DNA from: Lama guanicoe
Lineage: Eukaryota
Assembly (NCBI GenBank): GCA_013239625.1
Contig: MU057349.1
Span: 7,838,904 to 7,902,903, forward strand
Length of the DNA: 64,000 nt
Direction: 5' to 3'
Positions 25,911 through 37,090 of this stretch are shown one piece after another; position 1 is the stretch's first letter, and each line of letters begins with the position of its first letter. The notes under the pieces were generated by a model. The model had not been told where the DNA came from, ran no database searches, and saw only the letters and a program-made list of their open reading frames with translations. Both the position numbers and the translations under genes were made by a program.

Positions 25911-27440
25911 GCATTGAATTAAAATTAAAACACCCAAAGAGACAGTATGGCAGATTCTGAGATATTTATGAGAAGATATTGAAGGTTAGACACAAAGTGG
26001 AGTCTAGTTAACAGCAGGTCACAAGGTATCTGGGAAAATGTTTGAAAGAAGGCAATATTTGCAAGCCAAATGTGGGGGAAAAAGGAGCTGGACTGGCTTC
26101 CCCGGTAAGACTCTACCACCCACATCCCTCTGAGTTCATTTCTTCCCGGCCAGCGTGTTCGTTTGGCAACCATCCGATTGCCACATACTTAGAACAGAGT
26201 GACGTCTCTTCCTTCCATTTTAAACTTCCATCTGGGCAAAAGTATATGCTCTGGTGACTGGTATGAATTAAAGCTGGAGTCTCTGAACAAGCCTGATGCG
26301 TGGCTTTGTTATAGAGGTCTGTATAATATTATCCTGGTGTCATGGATTACACAAATGTGCACAAATGGCAGTTTCCTCCTTTTCCTTCACACAGTGTTAG
26401 AAATGAGTAAAATATGTATCTCACTGCACTTCCCTTGTACTTGGGGACTCAATGAACTCATTATAAGTTTCCAGATCTTTTTAAAATGTTTTATTTTTTT
26501 CTGAAATATGGTTTTGATCAAGAACATAATTTCACGATTGCGTGTATGTTTCTGAAACAAATATGTATGTAAAACAAGTGCACGGAGGAGGGCTCAGGCT
26601 CTGGTGACCGATCCCAGGACCGGGGATTCTTGAGTCCAACCTCAGCCTTACCATTAGCTCATTCGATGATCTCAAGAGCAAGAACCAACTTCTGCCCTTA
26701 CTAATCAGTCGCCTCTTCTGTTACCTTCATTTCTGCATTTGAAGAATTGGAAATACAGTTGGCCAGTTTCAGTCATTTGGTCAAACTCTACAGAAGCAAT
26801 TCAAGTTAAACCCATGTAATGTCATAAACTTTAGACAAGCTCCACAACAGCATTAATTCTTTAGGACACTTTTGAAAGCGTGGCTCATTTTTTTAGCTAT
26901 ATTCTCTGAACACGGAGACATATGGTCTTGCTTATCTACCCTCATCCTGCACCCTTAACTTTGTGAAGCAGGTAGAAGAAGGTGTAATCCCTGTGTTATG
27001 GTCAACACCAGCACTAACAGCAATAATAATAATTTGTCCTGAAGAAACACTTACCGGATGGATTTACACTTAGGAATGGATTTACACACATCTCATTTAA
27101 TTCTGATGACAGGAGAAGGCACTCTTCCACTTTGTGAATGAAAAATGGAACTTTTCCTCCCAAAGTTACATAGTTAATAAGTGACCGAGTCAGTCTTTGA
27201 GTCAAGGTGAGTCTCCTTTCACCAATGCTGGTAACCAGTGGGCTCTGCCTCACATAAGATGCTCTTGTGACTCTGGGCCAAATTTATAGGAATATTTCTC
27301 GGTAATCTCTGATTTAAAAGCCAGAGCTCTCAGCTCTCACACCACTGAGTTCACTACTGTATAAAGGAAAGAGCAAAAGACTAAAAATGTCTGATCCTTG
27401 CTGTGATATTTATCCAGTTTATAAAATTACTCCTGTTATC

Positions 27441-28648
27441 TTTTTGTTTGGTTGCAGTGAAAATCACATAATTTAAAAATAGTTATTTTTAATTGAGCAG
27501 TTCAGTGGCGTTTGATACCTTCACGATGTTGCGTAATGACCAAGTCTACCTAGTTCCAAAATATTTCTCTCATCCCAAAGTCAAACCCCCTGCCCATCAA
27601 ATGGTTTCTCCAAACCCCTCCCTCTCCTCAGCTCCTGGCCAACACTAGTCTGCATCCTGTTTCTAGCGATTNNNNNNNNNNNNNNNNNNNNNNNNNNNNN
27701 NNNNNNNNNNNNNNNNNNNNNNNNNNNNNNNNNNNNNNNNNNNNNNNNNNNNNNNNNNNNNNNNNNNNNNNNNNNNNNNNNNNNNNNNNNNNNNNNNNNN
27801 NNNNNNNNNNNNNNNNNNNNNNNNNNNNNNNNNNNNNNNNNNNTACCATTGATCCATTGATAGACATTTGAGTTGTGTCTACCTTTTGGCTATTGTGAAG
27901 AGTAGTGCTGCTTTAAACACACACGTACATGGACTTGTTTGAATACTTTCAGTTCTTTGGGGTTTATACCTAAGAGCTGAATTGTGGCGTCTCATGTTGT
28001 TACTATGTTTAACTTTTTGTGGAACCACCAAACTGTTTCCTACAGTAGCTGAACCATTTTACATGCCAAACAATAATGTAAAAATGTTCCAATTTCTTCA
28101 CAACCTCACTAACACTTGTTATTTTGTTTTGTATTATTATAGCCAGCCTAGTGTGTGTCAAATGGCACCTCATTGTGGTTTTGATTTGCACTTCCCTGAT
28201 GACTAATGCTGCTGAGTATCTTTTCATGAGGCTGTTGGCTCTTTGTACATCTTAGGATACATGTCTATTTGATTCATTTACCCATTTTCTTTATTGGTTT
28301 GTTTTGCTGTTGTTGTTGAGTTGCAAGAGTTATTTTTATCCTCTGGGTACTAGATTTTATCATATATATGATTTGAAAATATTTTCTCCATTCTGTCAGT
28401 TGTACAGACTTTCTTGATAATGTTTTCTGATGCACAAAATTTATAATTTTGATGAAGTCCAGTTTATCTGTTTTATTGATTTATCTGTTATTTTCTTCTG
28501 TTAATTACACTTTTGGTGTCATATTTAGGACTCCACTGTCAAATCCAAAGCCAAGAAGATTTTCCTCCCAGTTTTCTTCTAAGAATTTTAGGGTTTTTAA
28601 TTTAAATCACTGGCTTATTTTGTATATGATGTGAAGCAGGGGTCCTAT
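27441..28648 (-). mobile_element. Old L1M (L1MB-like) antisense fragment abutting the exon 2 acceptor
   Basis: Antisense L1MB-type 3' end plus ORF2 remnant (MKRYSAALVIREVQIKTTMRCHLTHTRLAII). Flanked by TTACTCCTG(C)TTA repeats at 27427-27438 and 28649-28661. Confidence 0.82.
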
Positions 28649-28687
28649 TTACTCCTGCTTACTTTCTTTTTTTTTTTTCCTTCCTAG

Positions 28688-29598
28688 GAATCCTTGAAAC
28701 CACAGAACTGCATATTTTTAACTTGACTTCTCTAACCAAGTCTGAAAACATTTTATCTGCCACACTGCATTTCTATATCGGAGAGCTAATAAATATCAGC
28801 CTGAGTTGTCCAGTGTCCCAAGGATGCTCACATCATGCTCAGAGGAAGCACATTCAGATTGACCTCTCTGCATGGGTCCTCAAATCCAACAGAAACCAAA
28901 GTCAACTCCTGGGTCATCTTTCAGTGGATGTAACCAAACCTCATCGAGACTTTGTGTCCTGGCTGTCTAAAGACATCACTCAAGTTTTGAGGAAGGCCAA
29001 GGAAAATGAGGAGTTTCTCATAGGATTTAACATTACTTCCAAAGGACAACAGCTGCCAAAGAAGATGATGCCCTTTCCTGAGCCTTATATCTTGGTGTAT
29101 GCCAATGATGCTGCCATTTCTGAGCCAGAGAGCGTGGTGTCAAGCTTGCAAGGACATCGGAATTTCCCCACTGGAGCTGTGCCCAAACTGGATAGCCGTA
29201 TCAGGGCTGCGCTTTCTATTGAACGAAGGAAGAAGCGCTCTGCTGGGGTCCTGCTGCCTCTGCAGAACAACGAGCTTCCTGGGGCAGAGTACCAGTATAA
29301 GGAGGACGGGGTATGGGAGGAGAGAAAACCTTACCAGACTCTTCAGACTCAGCCCCCTGAGAAGAGCAAGAACAAAAAGAAACAGAGAAAGGGACCTCAC
29401 CAGAAGAGCCAGACGCTCCAGTTTGATGAACAGACCCTGAAGAAGGCAAGAAGAAAGCAATGGATTGAACCTCGCAACTGCGCCAGGCGATACCTGAAAG
29501 TGGACTTTGCGGATATTGGCTGGAGTGAGTGGATTATCTCCCCCAAGTCCTTCGATGCCTATTACTGCTCCGGCGCGTGCCAGTTCCCCATGCCGAAG
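28688..29598 (+). CDS. BMP3: BMP3 coding exon 2 (prodomain, RRKKR convertase site, first half of TGF-beta domain)
   Basis: Long polypyrimidine tract + TAG acceptor (AG 28686-28687). Phase-1 join gives [27 protein letters not shown]...IERRKKRS...[47 protein letters not shown]. 911 nt; donor AAG/GTAGTC. Confidence 0.98.
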
Positions 29599-31499
29599 GT
29601 AGTCGTGGTTCTTTGTCCTGTGCTTCCTCTTTCCATAGGGTAGAAAGACACGAGTTGAGTGTGTGTTTTCATTTACAGAGTCCACGTGGACCTTTATTTA
29701 TTGCATTCTAAAGTGTAATTGGTTACATGGTTATGCTTGGCTTTTCTTTAATGGTTGTTAGAGTAATATGAAGTCAATATTGGTATGAAGAAGGATATGA
29801 GGAAAAAATGTGTGTGTAAAACATATTTTTCTCTTTGCTTCCAAACACTGTGCATATTTAGCTACATGGTCGCATGCGAATTAACACCTGTCCACAACAA
29901 GCAAGCCCCAAATGGTAGAAGGCTGATCTTTGAGGGGTACTCAGGGAATGAGTGAATGTCATGAGAGCAAAGGGAAGGACTAATTGGATTGATACCATGA
30001 TGCAGAACATTTTAGTAGTCTCTTGTGAGATGAATTGTCACCATGGGAGTCAGAATCCAGATTAGGCCAGGTAAGCTTGCCTCAGGAAATCCACCAGATG
30101 CTTATTTCATTTGCTTCCCTGAAAATAGCAGAAAAAGAAGTCATAATAGGATACAATGACTCTGTAGACTTCTAAGACTTATTTCAACCTCTCAGAGCTT
30201 ACCAGTGTCTCTTCCAGAATCAATAGGGACTGAACCTTATCATATCAGAACTCAGGATCCTGACAAAATATATCCTCAGAAACCTCCACAGCTCAACCTC
30301 CATCTTGCATAGCAAGTCCAAGTGACTGGTATCTTTGGATTTAAAGTAAATAATATATTTACTTTAAGCCCTCTGGTCTTCAGTTAAGTTTGTTGCTGCA
30401 CTTCCATTCTTAGCTTGTAACAATTTGAATCTCTGTTATACAATGAAAAGGGGTGCTAGGAATAAAATTCAGAGGAAGAATAGTGGGGTTTTTTGTTTTG
30501 TTTTCTTTTCTTTTTTTTTTTTTTTTTGCAAAGCTTGAAGTGAATCAACTCTGGCTGTGGTATGTTAATTGAGAAAAAATCCCTTTGCCTCAAAAAGTGA
30601 CCGACTTCCGCTGATAGATCTTTAAAGTAGCATGTTCATGTTGCAGTCTTGTGGCCACTGGGATGCTTCATGTAACACACACGTAAAGCAAAGGGCCAAC
30701 TAAACAAGGCCAGGTCGGCCTCAGGTCAGGAACTTGATTGAAATCCCATTTCGACACTCAGAATGTCTCAGAAGGACACGCATTCTAAATTTTCTCGACC
30801 TTGTGGATTCCATGTTTTGTGAATCCAAACACAAAGTAAGGATTATATACATTTACAGTGACATAAACAGCCTTACCTTGTCTAAATATTCATAAAGGAA
30901 TTTTACTGATCAATCAAAACTTGCTCAAACTGGGATAGAATTTAAAACACACAGCCAAGATGCCCAGAATAACAGGCGATGATGAATCTTTACAGTGTGG
31001 CTTGCTTTGTGGCATTGAGAAGTAGAAACAGATTAAAAACGGGTTAAAAACAGATTAAAAATCTAAACCTGGGGTGACTGATTTTAAATGAGTCTCGGAG
31101 TCTTCCAAATCATTCCTCTCACTCTCACAAACTGATTTCTTCTAGGTAGCCTGGGGAAGACACTTTTCTCTTCCCTCTTGACTCCAGAGTTTAGGGCCCA
31201 GGGAGCCATGATAACGTGGAGATACTCAAGCCGGTTAGCTTTTCCACCTTCCCCTCGGGAGACGGAGACCTAGCCTGGTCCCCACCGCTCTCCCAGCTTG
31301 CCTCTCCCACCCCCTGTTGGCTTTGCTTTCGTTCACTGTTTCAAAGCCTCGCTGTTGCTTCAGTTATCTTCACTGTGGTTCTCACTGACCTAAAGAATAA
31401 TGATTTAAAAACTTGTGAGCGGTAAGTTAAGAACAGAAGAGATACGTTTAAGGAGAGAAGTGTTCATGTAACAGAATGATTAAATACTTTGATTACATC

Positions 31500-31645
31500 T
31501 GGGCTTCTTAACCTTAATGTGCCTGCAATTTGCCTGGGGATCTTGTTTATCCACAGATTCTGATCCAGGGGCGCTGGGGGTAGAGCCTAAGACCCTGAGC
31601 ATCTCACAGGCTCCTAGACGTTGCTGGTGCTGCTTGTCCACAAAT
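31500..31645. mobile_element. MER5-family element
   Basis: CCTGGGGATCTTGTT...CAGATTCTGAT...GGGGTAGAGCCTAAGA...GCTGGTGCTGCT. Confidence 0.6.
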
Positions 31646-33114
31646 TCAAATCCTTTTGGCTTAAAACTTCCATCCACCTCTAACCAGCGATTGCTTTTAG
31701 GGGGAAGTTACTCAAGCTTTCTATATGTTACTTTCCTCATCTCTGAAACAGGTACAAACAGTAAACAGAAATATAATAGTAACTACCTAATAAAAAATGG
31801 TGGGAAAATGAGACCGTGAAGCACCTTACGCTTAGTAGGCACTCAGTAAATTTTTGCCGTCGACATAATTCCTAATGGCCATTGCTGAGACTGAGGAGAA
31901 CAGAAAATCGAATGTAGGGGGCTGAAGAAAGACCACACAAGAAAAGGGATCAAGAGGATAAAAGATGTAAGACAAGAAAATGTTTTGTAAATGTTTCTTA
32001 TCCCTCTTTAAATATCATGAAGCCTAAAATAGGATTCTCCCTTTGGGTCCCGCAGTCCGTAAGTTCTTTGGAAAGTAACAGAATTAGAAGAGCATCGGTT
32101 ACAGCAACCGAGCTCATGATAATATTTGTCAGAACTTGAAATGGCATCAGAACTCCAGGGAGACATAACACGGATGAGTGTGGAGTTTTCTCTCTGAGTT
32201 TGAGATTTCCTTTGCCAAGTTGAGAGTGGAAGTTTGGCTGTGACATGGAGTTCCCAGTCTCTCATCACCTTGTGTGGATCTGCTTAATTTTTACAGCTTT
32301 CCAGTGGTTCCCTTGAAGCCTTCCAGGCACGGTGTCTTTCAAGTGTACAGTCACCCACAGGATGGAAGCTGTGACATTAGGGGTAATTAATAAGCACCGC
32401 TGTTATCAGCACAGAGTCCAACATGGTAACCAGAGTAAACTACTTAAATAAAAATATAGTCTGAGCAACAGAGGGAAAAAAGGTCTCTGACCAGATCAAT
32501 ACAAACACATGTGGAATCAGTGAGGCGCCAAAGAACATTCAGACAGTAGATATACATTTTGCCCCAGAGAAATGTTCTCCCGGGCCAGATCCTCTGCTGG
32601 GCCTCCTTCCTTCTGGCATCCTGAGTGACAGCCTACTCTCCAGAGCTGGGCTCTTCGTCTGCAAAAGTCGACAACCTGTCTGTAATTCAGAACAGCTGTG
32701 TTCTGCCTTTCCCAAATTCCAGGCTTTGCCCTTTCACTGATTCCAATTAGATAGTTTCTGGGCTATCACACCCATGTGGGCTGGACTGGAAGAGCGTGGA
32801 GCAAAACCCCGAGTGGCCCGAGTTAGGAATGAAGGCTCTGAGCTGATGACATACTCTCCGCTGCTAATGCATTTGTAACCAAATCCAATGCGAGGACATC
32901 ATCCACAGCTTGGCAGGTGTGCGCCTGACCCCTGCAGGTTTCATTCACCGACACGGCAGCTTGGATTTTTCTGATTTCAAGCCCATATAGCCAATCTGTC
33001 CTCCCCAGGAGAGACCCCTGGAATTCTGCCATGAGATGAAAAATACCCACACAGCTTTAGCCAAGCCTTTGCCTCCCCTCACCACTGTAACAGAGATGGA
33101 AAACAGAGATTTCA

Positions 33115-34002
33115 TTTATTTTATTTTATTTTTTTATTGAAGTATGGTCAGACTACAATGTGTCAATTTCTGGTGTACAGCATAATGTTTCCATCATACA
33201 TATACATACCTATATTCCTTTTCATATTCTTTTTCATTATAGGTTGCTACAAGATATTGAATATAGTTCCCTGTGCTATAAAGTATAAGCTTGTTGTTTA
33301 TTTATTTTATATATAGTAGTTAGTGTCTGCAGATCTCGAACTCCCAGTTTATCCTTCCATACTCTCTTCCCCTTTTGGTAGTCATAAGTTTGTTTACTAT
33401 GTTCGCTATGTCTGTTTCTGTTTTGCAGACAAGTTCATCAGTGTGTTCTTTTTCCTTTTTTAAGATTCCACTTATGAGTGATATCANNNNNNNNNNNNNN
33501 NNNNNNNNNNNNNNNNNNNNNNNNNNNNNNNNNNNNNNNNNNNNNNNNNNNNNNNNNNNNNNNNNNNNNNNNNNNNNNNNNNNNNNNNNNNNNNNNNNNN
33601 NNNNNNNNNNNNNNNNNNNNNNNNNNNNNNNNNNNNNNNNNNNNNNNNNNNNNTTAGATTGCTTCTTTGTCTTGGCTATTGTATGTAGTGCTGCAATGAA
33701 CACTGGGGTTCATGTATATTTTCAAATTAGAGTTCTCTCTGGATATATGCCCAGGAGTGGGACTGCTGTGTCACATGGTAAATCTATTTTTAGTTTTTTG
33801 AGAAATCTCCATACTGTCTTTCATAGTGGCTGCACCAAACTAAGTTCCCACCAACGGTGTAGGAGGGTTCCCTTTTCTCCACACCCTTTCCAGCATTTAT
33901 CATTTATGGACTTTTGAATGGTAACCGTTCTGATTGGTGTGAGGTGATACTTCATTGCAGTTTTGACTTGCATTTCTCTGATAATGAGTAATATGGAACA
34001 TC
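33115..34002 (-). mobile_element. 5'-truncated L1 in BMP3 intron 2 (contains N gap)
   Basis: (TTTTA)n tail, L1 3' UTR and ORF2 C-terminal remnant (IIREMQVKTAMKYHLTPIR...[14 protein letters not shown] on - strand). Perfect 17-bp TSD GGAAAACAGAGATTTCA at 33098-33114 and 34003-34019. Confidence 0.92.
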
Positions 34003-35566
34003 GGAAAACAGAGATTTCAGATGAAAATGACTGAACCATTGTTGTTGACAGAGGTCCAAGGGAACCAACAAGGATTAGAGGAATGAAGTTATTTTTGCAT
34101 GGAATGGTGCAAAGGCTGGGAATAGCAAAGACACAGAAGTAGGAGGCAAAGAGGATAAACACTTTGAATGAAGTGTCCTATATAAAGAAGAAATCCACAA
34201 ATGAGTTCAAAATAAGACACCCTCAATTCATTTGCTGAGGTTTTCAATTCCAATCTTTAGTCATGAAGATGAACTCAGAAAATCCTACACTTGATATGCT
34301 GAGTTAACTAAGCAAAAAAAGAACCTAAATGGATGTCAGCATCATGTTTCACCATCTTTAAAAAGACAAACTGGGGAAGGAAATAACACAGGTTTGCATT
34401 TGTCATCTTTAGGTTTCTTAAGCTATGTAAAGAGAGTCCTGAGAAGTGTGAACTGAACTCAAAAACACACAAAACATTAGACTAGCTAATGACTGCGTGG
34501 AGCTTTTGTGCATGACATAACTATTCTGGGTCACGGCAGCTTGATCAGAGGATTCCACAGTGGAAAAAAAGGGGGGGAAGCTCCCTAGAAAATTGAGAGG
34601 TTCCTGATAAGACCCACCAGTCCAGAATCAAGGGCTTGTGCCTGGATTCCAGGGAGCCCACCAGAGAGACTGCTCATAGTTCCTGAATCTATGATTTGTG
34701 AGTTAGAGCTTAAAAAAAAAAAAAAAAGGACAGGAATTTTCCTAGGAAACACCCATGAATATTTTCCATATCTACGCCAGGTCATTTGTTCAGACACTTT
34801 TATTTTTGTTGATGGGAATTATTTCCACAGAAACAGGTAAAATGGAGGGTATGCTATTTTTTTTTATAGGTATTGCGTCCATTTGGCAAGTATTTATTCA
34901 GTGCATAGAGAGTCTGCGTTGCTCTAGGCACTGAGGACTGGTAACGCACAGCAGGATTTATGGATCAAGTCCTCATCTGCTTAAATAGATCTACTTTTTT
35001 ACGAAAATTAAATAGTATAGGAATGAGTAAAATTTTAATAGTAACAGAATAATGTCAGAAAAATCTATGGTTTAAAAATATCCTTTGGGGCATTATTGCA
35101 TGCTGCTTGGATGATTGAATCTTAAGAATAAATCAGTAGAAGAAAAGTGGCTGCAAACGTTCTCTTCAGATATTACCAGCACTGGTGTATGTCATCAGAC
35201 AGTGGCAACTGGCCGCTCTTGCACTCTGGGGATTGCAGGTTGTGTTAGTTACACAGGTGGTGTTGATGCCACGGGGCACTCGATACGCAAAATAGAACAA
35301 CATAGACTTCCTATCCTTCAGGGGAGAGAATACCTTGCTTTGCAAAGCTAATTGATTAAAAGTTAACTATTCTTTTTAACATACACTTAAAGTCTCTAGG
35401 AAGAGAGAGTAAATAAAGGAGCTGGCCATCATCAAGGCAAATGTTTAACTAACTTATGCCTGTTAGCAATCATGTTGAAGTCTAAGGTATGAATAATTTT
35501 TTTGTTCACTAGAAGGGAAAGATGGGATGAGATAAGTCAGATTTGACCTTTCTCTGCCAAAAAGAC

Positions 35567-35600
<34 letters not shown>
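35567..35600. repeat. (TAT)11 microsatellite in intron 2
   Basis: Direct reading. Confidence 0.95.
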
Positions 35601-36571
35601 GTTTTACAGTATGCTCTCTTTGTAGATTATTTGCTTCTCCCTTGGCTCGTATGTACTCTTAACCTTTTAACTGGTTCCAGTTTCCCATTTTGGGTGTTTT
35701 AGGTGTATAAAATTGAAATACCAGTTCACTGGGGGCAGAGGTGCCTCTGAAACATGGCTCGAAGTCGTGAAATTAAATAAGCCAGAGTTTTGGCCTAAAT
35801 CCCACTCCTGAATTGACATGTGATCTCTGGCCAGGTACCAAATTCCTGCTTCTACATTCTTTTGAAACAAAACTGTTTTCATCTGCCTCACAGAGACAGT
35901 GGGAGAACTAATGTTGAAAAGTGTGGCATCTCTCAGGAAGAGGTTCTTACCCCTCTGGCAATACCGAAACATTCTGGGCTTAGAAAAGTGACCGGTCTTC
36001 CATGCTGAGCAGAGCCGGATGATGCTCTAAATAAAACCACATGTCTCCCATGGATGTTAATGGTCCCATTTGGCATTTCTCGGGAACAGATTTTACCCAG
36101 GCTTCTTTGGTCAAACTTCTGACATTCATGGGATAACCTCAGGCCCCCCCAGATTATTCCCAGAGGATATGCCCCAGGCTTACAAGACTGCGCGTCAGCC
36201 TTTGTCTGAACCCATGGAGCAACAGTGACCCCCAGTGGCCAATGGAGTCTTCTTAACCCCAAGTTTGTGCTCCTGAGACTTGAATACTGTAATTACATGT
36301 TACAATAATCACCATCAATTCATCCTGTTGCTAGACATTACATAAATCAATACTTCTTGACACGCTTGGTGTTTCTTTTTTAAACAAGGTATAAATATCA
36401 CTATGGCAGTGGCAAAAATATCTATGTTAAATAGGCGCTTGTTAAGGGTTCTTTACGATTAGCATAGGATCAAGAACAAATTGTTTCTGCTGCAATCTTG
36501 TTATTGAAAACATCCTAGGATGTATTAATCCCCTGTTTGGACTTTAAGTCACTTTTAATTAAATGATTCTT

Positions 36572-36752
36572 GCTTAGAAAACTGGATTTAAATCCTCACT
36601 CTATGTGTCTACCTGACTTTAGATATGTCGTTTAAGCATTTTGAGTCTGTTTCTCTGCCTGTAAAATGTAAGAAATGGTAGTTTTGTTATAAGGATTAGA
36701 AAGACTACATATAACACGCCTGGCACATAGCAGACACTTAGTAAATGACAAC
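36572..36752 (+). mobile_element. MIR just upstream of exon 3
   Basis: TCTGTTTCTCTGCCTGTAAAATG...AAGGATTAGA...GCCTGGCACATAGCAGACACTTAGTAAATG. Confidence 0.65.
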
Positions 36753-36898
36753 TCTTTTGGTGATAGTGATATGGAGATTGGGCTGAATGTGTAACGTGCC
36801 AGGGCTTAAGTTGTTGAAATAAAGTTCATGATATGTACATTTTAGTGATGAGGGGATACAATTCTACCTAATGTATGTTCTCCCTTTTCTTTTCCTAG

Positions 36899-37090
36899 TC
36901 TTTGAAGCCATCAAATCATGCTACGATCCAGAGTATAGTGAGAGCAGTGGGGGTCGTCCCTGGAATTCCTGAGCCCTGTTGTGTGCCGGAAAAGATGTCC
37001 TCGCTCAGCATCTTATTCTTTGATGAAAATAAGAATGTGGTACTTAAAGTATATCCAAACATGACAGTAGAGTCTTGTGCTTGCAGATAA
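36899..37090 (+). CDS. BMP3: BMP3 coding exon 3 (C-terminal half of cystine knot)
   Basis: Acceptor ...cttttcttttcctag/TCT. Encodes [66 protein letters not shown]. Exons total 325+911+192=1428 nt, giving an intact 475-aa ORF with 7 cysteines in the 110-aa C-terminal domain. Confidence 0.98.

Noticed and set aside
29140-29685. 181-aa antisense ORF over exon 2
   Set aside because: Shadow of the sense coding sequence; no recognisable domain or splice context.
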